A stretch of 62,239 nucleotides of DNA, counting the filler, from Sarea resinae (Eukaryota): assembly GCA_026026165.1 (NCBI GenBank). It is 3 parts of 3 records of this genome, joined end to end, with 100 filler letters (N's around TTAATTAATTAA, not from the genome) between each part and the next. Parts side by side here need not be neighbours in the genome. Positions count along the whole stretch, not along the records: positions 1 to 27,077 come from JAPEUD010000129.1; positions 27,178 to 49,810 come from JAPEUD010000130.1; 1 more part is not named here. The stretch is one strand, 5' to 3'. The notes under the pieces are model-generated. The model saw only the letters and a program-made list of their open reading frames with translations. It was not told the origin of the DNA and searched no databases. This document shows, one piece after another, positions 23,641 through 39,300 of the stretch; position 1 is the first letter of the stretch; each line of letters begins with the position of its first letter. The position numbers and the translations under genes were made by a program.

Positions 23641-24468
23641 TTTGCATGCGGTAATGTGCCGTCGTCTTCTTCTGTTCGGGATCTGGCGCAAAGCATAATA
23701 CCCCCTTCGCCTTTTGTTTACTCGGTTTGGGCCCACGATCTGACGATGGCACGAGGGATCATCATGAGTGCCTAGCTTAGCTACCATAGTAGTCATTCGA
23801 TATATTGCTTCCTTCTTGTTGTGTCGCTGCACATTGATGTGTCCTCATGAGTAAAGCAACGTGCACTGCCCGCACTGCCCGCACTGCCCTCGTGCTGGTG
23901 ATCATCGTCGACGCAACAACGTTGTTCCGAAGCGTATACGTACTCGATCGAGGGAGGGGATGATCGTCATCGTCATCGTCATCCGGGTAAGCTGTCGTGG
24001 CAGCGGATCTTGGTGAGATCGTGCTCTCCGGTCTTTATCTCCTAGGGATCTCCCCCATCTTGCTCGACCGACAGACAAAGCGGGCGATCCCCAACAAATC
24101 TACAACTCGAGGCCTCCGATGCGGTATGTACGCTATTGGTCATCATAGCTCAACACCACCTACAACATCTCCTAGAGCTATGTCTTGGAAGAGAGAACAT
24201 CTTCATTGATGATCAACTAATACAAGAGAAGGGAAATCTACAGTTAAGCTATTAGTCGCATCAAGATCAACCATCACCCCCCTTACTCAGCCTCAGCCTC
24301 AGCCTCAGCCTCGCATTCATCGTCATCATCACCGAGCATGCTTTCGCGACGATAGTCAAGCCTCAGCGTCTGTCCTGAAAACCGCAGACAAAGGCTTCAC
24401 GTCCAGCACAGGTTGCCATACCCTCTAGTCCTCTCCGTCGCACCTCATCCACTGCCATCACGATCAAG

Positions 24469-25994
24469 ATGCTCGACCCATTCCCCGCCTCGCCGAGCTT
24501 CATCGTCAATCTCGTCCAGCCCATCGCCGACAAGTACGACCTCAAAGTGCTCCCGCTCCACGCCCACGAGGTCTTTTTTGCTGGCGCTCTTTACCACATC
24601 ATCAACAAATACGTCTCGCCCGCGCTGTCGACGCGGCTCTTCCCATCAATCTACCCGCAACTGTCTCGCCGCACGAAGATCAACTGGGACGTCCACGTCG
24701 TCTCGCTGGCGCAGTCATGTATCGTCAACATCATGGCGCTGTGGGTCGTGTTCGGCGACCCTAAACGGAGCACCATGACTTGGAATGAGAGGGTTTGGGG
24801 CTACACGGGCGCGGCGGGCCTTGTGCAGGCTTTTGCCGTGGGTTATTTTCTGTGGGATCTCTACATCAGCACGGTGTATATAAATATATTCGGAGTCGGG
24901 CTGTTTGCACACGCAGTCAGCGCATTAGCCGTCTTTAGTCTGGGCTTCGTGAGTGTTTCCCCGCCCTCTGCACCGTTACACCCAAATCAGACAGAAGCTC
25001 ACGTTCTTATGAACAGCGTCCCTTTATCAATTTCTACGGTCCGACCTTTATCCTCTACGAGCTGTCCTCGCCCTTTCTCAACATGCATTGGTTCTTCGAC
25101 AAGCTGAATATGACGGGCTCGCGCCCCCAGTGGTACAACGGCATTTTTTTGCTTGCGACCTTCTTCTCCTGCCGTCTCGTATGGGGCACATATCAAAGCG
25201 CGTGGGTGTTTACGGACATGTGGCGTGCCGTACACAAGCCGGGCTTTATTTCGTCCACTGACGCTGCCGCCGCCAACCACTCATCCCCTCTGGATTCCTC
25301 ATTCGCATCGCCTTCGGCATCGCTCAACTCACCTGCTTCAGCCTCGGGCCCCCTAAAGACGCCCACAGACCTCATGCGCTTCGCCACCTCGGGCGCCACG
25401 CTTCCCGTCTGGCTCGCGACCATCTACATCGCTAGCAATCTCGTCCTCAACGCGCTCAACATCTACTGGTTCGGCAAGATGGTCGAGGCGGTCAAGAAGC
25501 GCTTCGGCCCGTCGACATCTAGTGGCCACAAGCACAAGCACTCCTCATCATCCGTCTCAAAAACTTCCAAAGACGGGACGAGTCAAGAGAAGCAGGCACC
25601 TGCCGATGGGAAGACGGAAGCGCGGCAGAGACCCACGGCCACGGTCGTCAAAGTCAAACATCACACGCGGGGTGCCCACTCGCGCGAAACGTTCGAGCTA
25701 CCGGCCAGCTTCGTTGGCGATCCGGCATTTGTGGGTTTTGATATCGACAACGCCTCCTCCTCTTCTTCGTCCTCGTCGTCTGACGAAGGCGCGGCCGCGG
25801 CCGCCGATGGCCATGATGCCGATGTGAGCAATAACATCGAGGGTGACTCGCCTGAAGAAAAGGGAGGAGAGAGCATACCCGAGATCAAAGAGAGCACACG
25901 GGTTGGGCGAAGAACGGTCGAGGCCGCGGAGACGGAGATCCGACACCGTCCCACGACAAAGGGGGTCGATGGAGAAGGGGGAGGCGAAGACTGA
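24469..25994 (+). CDS. TLC (TRAM/LAG1/CLN8) domain membrane protein, TMEM56/TDA4-like, 2 exons
   Basis: NWDVHVVS, GYFLWDL, LFAHA, YELSSPFLNMHWF, FFSCRL, LNIYWFGKM; intron about 24949-25017; low-complexity C-terminal tail. Confidence 0.88.
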
Positions 25995-26009
25995 GGGGAA
26001 TGAAGATGC

Positions 26010-27640
<1,631 letters not shown>

Positions 27641-27644
27641 CCAC

Positions 27645-29590
27645 TCAAGACGTTTCGCTGACACTGACACCGACACCGACACCGCTGCCGGTGATCCCGC
27701 CCGAGCTCTCTCTTCGGCCGGCCGCCGAGTCGAGACTAGGCGTCACAGGCCCGCTACCGCTCGCGCTCGCGCTTCCAGATCCAGCACCGTCCTTTAGGGC
27801 CCCTGCGGTCGTTGTTCCTCTCGCGCTAGCCACACCGCCATTGCCGCCGCGGTGATAGTGTTCGTGGTGCGAGAAGAAGGAGATGTTCTCGCGCAGCGCC
27901 ACGTACTCGGAGTCGGCGTAGCCGAGCACGGATTCGATCTCCGTCGATTTCAGACCACGGATCCGCTGGATTTCCGTCGACGAGTAGTTGACGAGGGCGC
28001 GACCGATTTCCTCGCCGCCTTGGTTCGGGGGTTGGTTTTGGTCGTGGCCGTGGCCGTGGTGGAGGACGGGAGGAGTGGTGCTGGTGGGAGTAGAGGACGC
28101 CGTTGAAGAGACAGCGGCTGGATGATGATGATCATGGCGTTTCCTCACGACGAGACGGACGGCTTCTTGCTGGGCAAAGTGGCCTTCGACGTCCACGACG
28201 CCGACGGGTAGGAGTCCTGCTTTGTCTGCCAGAGCGCGGTGCGCGCCTTCGTCGATATACACCGTTCCATGTGGGGCGAGGCCGTGGAGGAGCCAGAAAT
28301 AGCGGTCGCGGATGGGGTGTGGGTCCGGCAGGAAGCGCGTATGGAGTGGGGGTTTGGGGAGAGAGTCGAGGTAGAGGGAGGAGATGGAGCGGGTCAGGGG
28401 ATCTTCGCTTGTTGCGCCTGGGGTGGGCGGGAGAGAGGGGGAGGCCGTTTGTGAGGGGTGCTGAGATTGCGATTGGGATTGCGATTGTCCTTGTTGTGGA
28501 TGCTTGTTGGCGGTTTGTAGGTGTTGGGTGTATTTGACGATATTGACAATGTTTCCCGGACTTGACGAGCGCGTGATCACTGTCGTGACCCCGGCCGAAG
28601 TAGCAAGACGGGCGGCGACAATCTTCGTGGACATGCCCCCCGTTCCGAGGCTGGACCCTGCGGTCGAGACGTCGGCGGCCAAGCTGGCAATGTCCTCGAC
28701 AACTTCTATGGCGCTTGCTTCGGGATGCGTCCGGGGGTTTGCCGTGTAGAGACAGTCGACATCTGTCATCAGGAAGAGGTAGTCGGCTTGTACCATGGCC
28801 GCTGTGATGGCGCTGAGGGTGTCGTTGTCGCCAAATTTGATTTCCTAGGCGCATGTCAGCCTTGCTGGCAGGCAATTCAGTTCTTGAGGGATTGAGAGCC
28901 AGACCGTGACGGCTAGGGTGTCGTTCTCGTTTACAATGGGTATGACGCCCATATTCAAAAGTTCGTGAAAGGTGTTCTGCGCGTTTAGGTATTGGGTTCG
29001 CTGTGTTCATTTGCCATCAGTAGATTTCCTCATTCGCGAATAGACGTGCGCATACGTCGGCAATGTCATTTCTAGTCAGCAGGATCTGTGCGACAGGCTG
29101 TCGCAGATGGCCAAAGAGGCTGTCCCACAAGCTCATAAGTCGACATTGTCCCACCGCAGCCAATGCCTAAAATCTGGTGAGCCCCTCAGGTGGAGAGATA
29201 GTCGGTCACTGCGGCCAGCAAGCATACCTGGACTCGAGGCAGATGCTTCGGCCTCTTTTCGATGTCCATCCTGCGCAGGCCCACGCCAATGGCGCCCGAA
29301 GAGACCAGCACGACACGATGGCCATCTTTGTGCAGCTTCACGGCCGTTTCGACGATCGAGGTGAGGATGGAGAGGAGGGGCTCATGCGTCTTTTCGTCGA
29401 CGATCGAGCTGGTACCTGCATGACGACGAGGGGCAGCAGATGTTAGCGAAGAGATGTCCTGGCCCTTGGGTGTCTTCTGCTTGGTCTTCGCAGTCTTCGC
29501 GGTTTTTGCAGGAGGATTCAGGAAATTCAGATCAGAAGAAGACAACGCACCAAGCTTGATGACGATCGTGAGGTGCCGGTGCCCTTTCAT
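27645..29590 (-). CDS. PRO1: Glutamate 5-kinase with C-terminal PUA domain, multi-exon
   Basis: [66 protein letters not shown]. Confidence 0.95.
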
Positions 29591-30142
29591 GATCGCCTAT
29601 TGCCCGTAGCTACAGCCCGGGCAGAAACAGAAACGTCCAGTGCAACAGAGTGGATTTATAGAGGGCGCTGTTGTAATTGTGGTCGTCACAGTGGAATGGG
29701 ATGTGCGTAGAGCATTGCCAGATCCGATCATCGTACGCCCTATGTCAAGACAATTGTGGGATGGAAGGCGCGTGGGCATCCGTGGGCGATGACTACAGCT
29801 CTCATGACTCCGTCCATCGGCGGGCGGTGGGCGGAGGGCGGAAGGGCGGTGGACACAAGATAGGTGGAGACTCTTGGCTCTCCTCAGAATCCAATTCGAT
29901 GTATCTTGCAGCCTACGTGCGCGGTGAGTAGTACTTTACTCAGTAGCGTCCGCTGAGCGCGACGAGTTCGGTGGCTCGGTACAGTGGGCTACAGACTTCC
30001 CCGGATTTTGGACATCGCTCCGAGGAAAATCTTCAAGCTCCGGCCGTGTATTGCTGTATCCGTATCGACCTCATCTCGATTCCAGCCAAACGGCCATCTC
30101 CACCAAGCATCGCGGGTGCTCATATCCTCTCCATCAGACAGA

Positions 30143-31040
30143 ATGGCCGACGAAACAGACCCTTCATCCACACCCGGCCCCCCGCCGGCACCCAAAGACA
30201 ATGGCTTCATCCCCGGCGACGATGGCTGGACCCGCACCCGCAACTGGTTCCGCATCCTCACCAAGCGCATGACGGCCGAAGGCATGGAGGAATACCGCGT
30301 CACCATGAACAAGCTGCACGAAGAGCGAGACTGCAGGAAATGCGAAGAGCACCGCGACTTTCTGCTCAAATACAGTCCGTCTCGTCTCTCCTACCACTGC
30401 GCTCTCTAACCTATGTTTCTGCCACACCACAGGTCCCATCGTCCGCTTCCTCCGTACCAACATCCAAAACCTCTCCCCCGACTCCGACATCAACAGCACC
30501 AACATCCGCTGCCGACGCTGCGATAAACGCCAGAACGGCGGCTTCGAGCCCGGGTACGGCATCCTGATCTGTGCGAACGAGATGCGCAACCAGGGGCACG
30601 TCGAGGACACCATCGCGCACGAGATGGTGCACGCGTACGACCACCTGCGATTCAAGGTCGAGCGGAGCAATCTGAGACATCAAGCTTGCACCGAGGTACG
30701 TGGGAAGAAGTAGACCAAACGAACCCCTTGAGCCGCCTGGATCTTCCGGAAAAGGAAAGATGGGGAGCGGGGTTGGCTATCTAGGTGTGCTGACGAGAGG
30801 CTGTACTGATAGATTCGAGCATCGACATTGAGTGGTGAATGTCGCTTTACCCGGGAGTTCTTTACAAGAGGCCAATTGAAAGTCACGGAGCAGCTGCAAG
30901 AGTGTGTGAGGAGAAGGGCGACGCTTTCGCTGATGGGTCGGCCAGGCATCAAAGATGACGTACATGCCGCGCGAATGGTGAACGAGGTGTGGGACAGCTG
31001 TTTCCACGACACCAGACCCTTTGATGAAATATATCGGTGA
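30143..31040 (+). CDS. ATP23: Mitochondrial inner-membrane metalloprotease Atp23 (peptidase M76), 3 exons
   Basis: [44 protein letters not shown] (HEXXH), [15 protein letters not shown]-terminal [10 protein letters not shown]. Confidence 0.95.
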
Positions 31041-31343
31041 TGAAGATGCGAGGCCAGACGGACAGACCCGGGAACGAAGACTTGGGCCGTTTGATTTGTT
31101 CGTGCAGCGCTAGCATTTTGGGGTCATGTTGCATTTAGAAATAGTATCAATGTATTGGTAGGCATTGCGGGGCGTCTGGCGCCTGTAGATATCCAGTTTA
31201 ACTCCTAGAACCTCAGCCATCTCCCCTCATACCAAACTGTTCCAGTCCACCGCGCCGATCCGATACGCCAAGTCCCCAGTGCGAAAATACAATGCCAATA
31301 ATCCAAAACAGAGCAGCCTCCGACTACGGTGGGTTGCTTATGA

Positions 31344-32687
31344 TTATCGTTTGGCACCTTGGTCTTTCTTCTCTGAGCTTTTTTGAGGAGCCCTTTCGTT
31401 CTTAGTACAGTGCTTCGTTATCCACGCATGGCGCTGAACATCCTCTAAAGGTATCCGTTTCTCAGGGTCAAGTACCAAAAGCTAAATTTGGACCAATCAG
31501 TGAGTGAGATGCGTCTGTAAACAAGATCACTGACATACCTTCTTGATCAAGTCCCGGGCCTCTGCGCTCACAAACGGCGGGATCGTCATCTCCCCTCTCG
31601 CAATTCTCCTCTGAGTCATGATCATCGTATCCTCAAAGGGAGCCTCTCCAACCAGAAATTCATACATCAGAACCCCAAGGCTCCACAGATCGACTTTCTC
31701 GCTATAGAAATTGTCCTGACTGCCTGGCTTGAGCATTTCTGGGGGCAGATAGTCGAGCGTGCCACACATCGTCTGCCGTCGATTATTGGGAGCGTGTACA
31801 CTCCAACCAAAATCTGCAATCTTGAGCTCTCCGTGGATACCAACGAGGATATTCTCGGGTTTGATGTCACGATGCATCACATGCTTCTTGTGGAGGTACT
31901 GAAGCGCATTCGCCATTTGAGCAATATACTGCGCTGCAAGTGGCTCCTTGAATCTGTTTTCGCGGCGCAAGTGCTTGTAAAGCTCTCCTTTACCGGCATA
32001 CTCCAGGATCAGAATTACGCGCTTGCTGTCGTGAAAGTGGCCGTATAATCGCAGGATGTTCGGATGGCGTAGGTTGCTCTGTATTTCGATCTCCCGCCTC
32101 AACTGCTTCTCGACTTTTCCTTGCTGTAGCTCGGTCTTGTGGAGGACCTTAAGAGCGCAGACGAAACCTGTGCTTCGTTCCTTGGCCAGGTAGACACGGC
32201 CGAACTTTCCCTTCCCGAGCGGTTTACCGATCTCGAACATTCCTAGGTGGAATCGTTTAGGGGCGGATGTGTGGTCACTGCTTAGGTTTGAAAGGCGCTG
32301 GACGGTGCTCTCATCGGAACCACGATTGGAACTTGCACCCTTTCGGTTGGGTGACGGGGGGGGAGGCATGTTCGATGCGCGCCACTGCGAAGCCTGAGAA
32401 GAGACATTGACGGTCGTTATTGTAGCACCCTTCACGCTAGACTGGTTCGTATTTTGGAGAGCAGTCTTGAGTAGATTTGCGCGGTTGGAGGCCAACTGAG
32501 TCGAAGACCCCAGGCCCGAGATTGACATTGCCGTAGACAAAGAGCCCTTCTCGTAGATGTCAGCAAGAAGAGGGCAAAGCAGTGAGACTGTTGCTGTTAC
32601 CTTCGACTTTTGGTATCCACTGGTAGGCTCATTTTCGTCATTTACCGACATGTGCTCGAAACGCGATTCAAGCCCACGAGTAGCCAT
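31344..32687 (-). CDS. IPL1: Aurora-family serine/threonine kinase (Ipl1/Ark1)
   Basis: [68 protein letters not shown]; last exon [13 protein letters not shown] ends with TAA at 31344. Confidence 0.95.
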
Positions 32688-33169
32688 GCTTGCTGTAAGA
32701 TGATGATGCCGAGACAGCTATGCTGACTTTTCGAGACAGATCAGAGCAATAAAAGGCACAATGATGTTGCTGCTATGATATGCAACGCAAATGCATTGGT
32801 GGTCGTAGAGTGAAAGAGTATGTGTTGAAGGGAGACTTGAGATGGTAGATGGGGGATGAAGCTACGAGCGACAGGTCGAGAGTAAACAACTGGAAGCGAA
32901 GGGTACGAAGATATTCACCCGGGCAACCGACAAAGATGATTTCGTAGAGCCAAGTACCTAGCCACTTTGTCTTACCCTGCGCACTCTTAATGTGGGGATG
33001 TCGAATATCTGGATGGGTGAGCATTGATCAAGGCTAAGCTATACGCAACCAACGGCAATGGGTTGAGGACTTCCAGGTCAAGTGCTTTTCCCCTCCCAGC
33101 TTTCAGCTACGACGAGCACTTTTGCGTGTCTCTGCAGCATCAAGAAAGTTTCGACTCGAGCTTGCAACC

Positions 33170-34108
33170 ATGGCTACCAGCGACAGCATCAGCGCGCATT
33201 TCCCATCGCCTGCCGACGCGGGCAAGTCGATACGGCAGAAAGGCTTCAAGATTACAACGCGGAAGCTCCCGATCTTGAAGGCTGCCCCCATCGAGGAAAT
33301 GACATCCAAGCTTGGGATTGCCCCCCCAGAGATGATATTTGGGGACAATTCGGTCTCTATCGAACATGAGGCGAGTGGGTGGGGCATATCATTCAATGCC
33401 TTTGACGCATTAAATGTCGTGGACAAGACAGGAGAGGCAATGCTCAAAGTTGCATACTCAAAAGAGTGGCAAAAGAACAGGTGAAATCTCTATAGCTTCT
33501 GAGGAACTAAGATAGGCAAGACTAAGGCTTTGCAGGGAGAAGGTCCATGAAGGCATTAAGGAGGTTGTGAAGCCCTTCGATTGGTCTTATAGCACCGACT
33601 ATAAAGGAACGGTCCTCGCAGATAGCCCTGCGTTCAAGCCTAGTTCAACTTCGGTACCATTTGAACTTCTGAAACGCCCCGACCCTATTCTATTCTTCGA
33701 CGAAGTGATGCTTTACGAAGACGAGCTTGCCGACAACGGCATTGCTATGCTATCAATCAAGATTCGAGTTATGCCTGCACGACTACTACTCTTGTGCCGC
33801 TTTTTCATGCGCCTGGATGACGTTGTTTTCAGAGTGAGAGATACCAGGGTTTTTGTTGAGTTCAGCACCGGTGAAGTAATACGAGAGTACGTTGCAAGGG
33901 AAGAAGAATTTAAGACTGTGAGGAAGGTATGCAGCACACTTGTACGCCAATTTTCTTTTTGTTTGGAAGTCCTGACCAAACTTTGCAGAAGCTCGCCATC
34001 ACGCGCGAGGATGTCCCAGCTCTGATGCGAGATGCAAATAAGCTCTCGGAGCTTCTGCCGATCGTTGACAAGTCTGTGGAGAATTTGAATGTCCTGGCGC
34101 AGTCTTGA
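33170..34108 (+). CDS. TIP41: TIP41/TIPRL type 2A phosphatase regulator (TOR pathway), 3 exons
   Basis: PPEMIFGDN, KPFDWSYSTDYKG, LYEDELADNG, RFFMRLDDVVFRVRDTR; stop at 34108 after intron 33927-33988. Confidence 0.95.
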
Positions 34109-34501
34109 GACTCTAACAGGTATCGCATCCTTGGGGATATTGCGGCTCGCCTCTTTGAAACTGCGGCCTGGAGAAATCCTACATCTATTTGGCGTTCGGG
34201 GCGTAGACCTAGTCGGCAGATTTGTACTACGTTTTCCGGAAGGAACATTGATCTCGAATTTCAGACTGAACAAATGGTTTGGAAGAAGTCTTAGATATAA
34301 TTGACTCGTAAAAAAATACCATTGTAGTCACTTCCAAAATGTGGAGTGGTGGTGATGCACTGATGTGTCTTTGTTGTTGGTCGAAACTCCAATTTCGGTC
34401 ATGACGTTCTAGATCTAGTCGCGAAGAGCCTCCCAAGTTCATCCTGGACTAAAAAAAATCCCCTTCAACACAAACATCTTCAACACCAATCACAACATTC
34501 A

Positions 34502-35624
34502 ATGGCGGCGAAATCTCCATGCACAGCTTGTCTTCGACTGCTACGGCAGCACGGTGTAGCTCTCTCGAGGGTAGTTATTAACAACTTCATGACAAACCAC
34601 TCTCCGCGAAAAGCTAACCACGGAATTCAGAGGTCCACTCCACGAGCAACCATCGCACCCCGAGCCTTCTCCACAACCCCTGCTATCCTCGCTGCCGACA
34701 CTGCCTCTCCTTCGCCTCAGCCCAGCTCTGCTACATCCGCCTCAAAGTCAAAACATATCCTCAGTGATGTTCCCGGGGCAAGCAAATTGGCTCGAGAACT
34801 CCGTAAACGGGCCGGAACAGCGACAGAGACATACGTAGCCTACGGTAGCACTGAGAAGCTCTACAGAGAATGCGCTCGGCAGGCAGCCCTCTCGGTTCCG
34901 CAGGCGCAAGAAAAGGATGCTGAGGTGCCCAAGACAGAAGCGGGCGAGGATTTGGGCGTTGGCAAAGGATGGTGGTTTGAAGGTGAGATGCCAGCCCACA
35001 TCATTACAGCTTCTCAATTACACCGAAATGGCGAGCTCAGATCTTCATCACTCATGATCGCTAACAAGTCTTCTCCGCCTAGAGCTCGGCCTTGTACCAA
35101 CATTCAACACCTGGGCCCAAGTCACCATGCTACACATGCATCTCCTGACGGTCCGCTTCCGCGCATTTCCACCAAATCACGCTCCCGCTTGGCATCAGCA
35201 TCTCCTCGACCACTTCTTCTACGACGCCGAAAATCGTATGACAGTCGACTACAATATATATGCGAGTGGTGTTCGCACGAAATATCTCAAGGACCTGTTC
35301 ATCCAATGGCGAGGCGCATTGGCCGCATACGACGAGGGTTTTGTCAAGGGCGATGCCGTGCTTGCCACGGCAATCTGGCGTAACGTCTTCAAGGCGGATG
35401 AGGATGTTGATTTGGCACGACTGGCGCAGGTCGTGAGCTATTGGCGCCGGGTGGCTTCCGGGCTAGAGAAGCTCGAAGACGAGGCTGTTGCTGGGGGTGA
35501 TTTCACCTTTGGGGATCCGGCGAGAGAGATTGGTGTTGTGGCTATAAGGAGCAAATTTATGGATGAGCCGTTCCGGACACAGGAAATCAGGCCCGCTGAG
35601 GGCGAGGAAGGCGAGAAGAAGTAA
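34502..35624 (+). CDS. CBP3: Ubiquinol-cytochrome c reductase chaperone Cbp3 (UQCC1 family), 3 exons
   Basis: Basic mitochondrial presequence; PTFNTWAQVTMLHMHLLTVR, QWRGALAAYDEG, DAVLATAIWRN. Confidence 0.9.
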
Positions 35625-35928
35625 TAAGAGTCGGTGTGGCTCAGCATGCCTTGCTTGTTGTATTAGGTTCTGTGGACTGTTTTAGTCCCGCTTTGTAAAT
35701 TGTACTACTAAACGCCAACCAAAACCCCTCTTCTTCGAACTGAGAAGTCATGCGTGCCTGTCGCAGCAGAAGTGCTTCATTTGCCAGATCCTCCGGCCAG
35801 AGCAGACTGTATCCAGGAAAGAAGCCTTGAAGAAGGCCATTCGAATGACTGGGTGTGAACCGAAGTGTAATGCTGGAATACATTTTTTGCTTGCTTCGAA
35901 TAACTTCAATCTCCTCTCTGCTTTCAAA

Positions 35929-35965
35929 GACGCCTCGCCTTCAGACGCCTCGCCTTCAGACGCCT
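35929..35965. repeat. 15-bp tandem repeat GACGCCTCGCCTTCA, about 2.5 copies
   Basis: Visible direct repeat between CBP3 and TTI1. Confidence 0.7.
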
Positions 35966-36329
35966 AGGTTCAGCCATGGTATCATGATACCGATCTGTTG
36001 ATGCTGTACGCAGTAGCGAGTTGCTGGCACATGGCGATATTGAGAGAATCCGTTCTGCTCACGCTTGCCTCACCGCCTTCGGAAGGACTGGCGATGGCGG
36101 CAGATGCCGCGCCGATGAACCATACTGCGCAGCACATATCGCATTCTATCAATCAAATGATGCATCTGACTGCCTTTCCATGAACCGCAAGAGTGCCTGC
36201 TATGTACATTCTCCATTGCTCAAATGATCTTCGGGGACATGCTATTCAAACCTTCCCACTCATCAAAAATCCTCAACTTATGAGCTACCATCCATAGATT
36301 ACCGCTAATGGGTGCTCGTCACTGTCGCG

Positions 36330-39300
36330 ATGGAAGCTAGAAATCGGTCATTTCAAAAGGTTCCCTCTCTACCGAACTTATCTTGATTTTTCGTCTGCTT
36401 ATGACCAAATATAGTTGAAGCCACGATGTGTCTCTCTAAGCCAAGTGGCTCTCGAGTTCCGTGTGGGAAAGGCCACCAGCAAAGACGTCATTTGCTCTTT
36501 GGAGGAGCTACTGGATACTTTGAAAGACATTACTCGCGAGAAGAACGCTCTCGATGAAAAGCTAGCAGACTACGTCTTCTTTCCGCTCTCTCACATCCTC
36601 CGTGAAAGTCAAAAACTTCCGTCGCGGGTCCTGGAACTTGCTCTGCAATGTCTGAAGACTCTTTTGGAGACGGGTTGGAGGCAGAGGGTGGAACCAAACT
36701 TAGGGAGGCAGCTGCTGATATTGTTGAGCTTTCTGGCGGGTGGGAATCCAGCAGTCAGCAAGGGCAAGTCTGCACCGGAGGATCTGGCGGCGGTCGCTTT
36801 TGAATGCCTTGCTGGCCTATTCCGATCCCTAGGTCACTCTCACGAGGGCAGGACTTCTCTGACTGGGACTGAAAATATTCCTCCGCTTGGCCATTGTGTG
36901 ACTGTCTTGCTTGAGGGCATCGAGAGTGGAGGATCTGTAACTATCCAGCTATCCGCACTGCAGGCCCTTAGCGCTCTACAATCGTCCCTTGACGATAGAG
37001 AAGCACTAGCAAACTTCTTCCCAGGGATAGTTTCATCATTGACGAGGACGCTTCAACCTAATACGCAAGTCAGACGGACCTACAAGGTCCTGAAGATTGC
37101 GCTGGACCTTCTGACAGAAGTGGTGCTCTCTGTGGTCGGAGATGCAGCTATGACAGCATCAGATGCCAGTGCAAAGCCGACGCCGAAATCAAGCACAGAG
37201 CCAGAATCACCATTAGGTAGCTCATGGTTGAAGGCCACCGCAGCTCAAGTAAAGCTTGCTCTAGCCAACGTGATCAAGCTACGCAATCATGAGAGGCCCG
37301 AGGTCCGTGCCAGTCTCCTTCGACTTTGTCTAGTCGTCCTCGAACAGTGTAGGAAATCACTATCAGACTCGGCGTCAATGATGGTGGAAACAATAATTGC
37401 ACTTTCTGAAGATGAAGATCCTGATAGTGGGTTTCTTGGAGAAGCCGTTCTCAAACAGATAGCTTCTGCTGAGCCTAGGATCACTGAGATGCTCAATTCA
37501 AGCCTTCATAGCTGGCTCGTTGCTCTACCGCGAGTGATGCAATCCAATGACGACACAGCAAAACAAAAGATCATCAAGCAAATATCAGTCTCCTTCAAGA
37601 TTCTCACCGAACTTGGCGCTGATTCCAACATTGTCGACAGCACGATGGCCACGAATCTTCGAGATAGTGTATCTGCTGCTCTACACAGGCCAAGTAAAGC
37701 TGGGGCGACTGCAAACCAAAATGCTCCGTCGGGGTCCAATATGGACATACTATTGTCAGCAGATCAGTCCCGGTCAACGACATTCTCGCCAGTACTAGCA
37801 AGTAATCCGAGGCAACAAGACACAATGAATGAGCTGCACTTGCTTGTAAAGCAACTCTCCGGCTTCGAGTCCTCTTTGAAGATGGTACGGGCTATTTTCG
37901 AAAATATGCGAGATACTTCTGGTGATAGCATGTTGGCAAGTTTCTGGTTAACGCTGAATATACTTCGCGGCGCCTCTTCCGGAAATCCGACTCTGGAAGA
38001 TTTACTGGATTTTGGGGCCACTTCATCATTAAATCTCCGCTCTGGACTCACGGAAGAGCTATACTCATTCTCACTGTCACGTCTGTCTGAAGGTCACGGC
38101 GGACAGGATCCAGATTGGAGGGTTCAGGCCTTAGCAATCGAAGGCGTTACGCTACAAGCTCAGCAACTGAAGGAAGATTTCCGACTCGAGCTGGTGGATG
38201 CTTTATATCCTATTGTGCATCTTGCAGGCTCTTCTGTCACACAGCTCCGAGAGCATGCTGTCACGTCTCTTAATCTAATATCTGACGCCTGTGGCTACAC
38301 TAACGCGAGTGATCTTATCATATCAAATGTCGACTACCTCGTTAATGCCGTTGCGCTAAAACTCAACACCTTCGACATCTCTCCCCAAGCACCACAAGTT
38401 CTATTGATGATGATCAAACTTTCCGGGCCTGCTCTATTGCCGTACCTAGACGACCTTGTGGATTCCATATTTGCGGCGCTAGATAACTTCCATGGGTATC
38501 CACGTCTAGTCGAGCTACTGTTTGCCGTTCTGGGAGGGATAGTCGAAGAGGGATCGAGGGCTGATGCGTTGACTCTTCCTTCTGGAAGGGGAATAAATCA
38601 TCGAAAGCCTCCACGGAATTCAATGACAATGGACCAACTAGCAGTTCTCATCAAAACATCGAAGGCAAAAAAGGAGGTGGAAGAAATCTCCTATTCTACT
38701 CTCCCAGATCCGCTTCCTACAACCCTCCCAACCCGTCCGTGGAAAGATCTTACGAAAGACATTACCTCGTCTGCTACACCACAAGAAGAGCAAGACGAGG
38801 AAACAGACCCCGAATCGCAACCACCACCACCACCAGCAACAGCGCCCCCCAAGCCTCCTTCAAAGACCCACACCCTCCTCCATCGTACCGCCCTCCTGAC
38901 CCAACACTACCTCACCCACCCCTCTCCCACCCTCCGCCTCCAACTTCTCAACCTCCTCAAGACAGCCACAGCCCCACTATGCCACCATCAACTCCTCTCG
39001 CTCCCCTCAAATACGGAAACTACAGAAGAAGACGACCAACAGGACGACTTCCTCCCCCTGATCGCCACCCTCTGGACTCCACTCATCACCCGTCTCTACG
39101 ACACGGAACCCTACGTCACCATAGCGGCCGCAGATACTATCGCTGCGTTTTGCATCGCCGCTGGTGATTTCGTCAGCTCGCGCATCGAAGACGAGTGGGT
39201 GGCGAAGTTGAGGGGCCTGTGCCGGGGAGTCAGGGATAGGGTATTCGCCGAGCGCCGGAGGGAGAGGGGAAGGTGGAAACGGGTGCGCGGAGTGACGGCG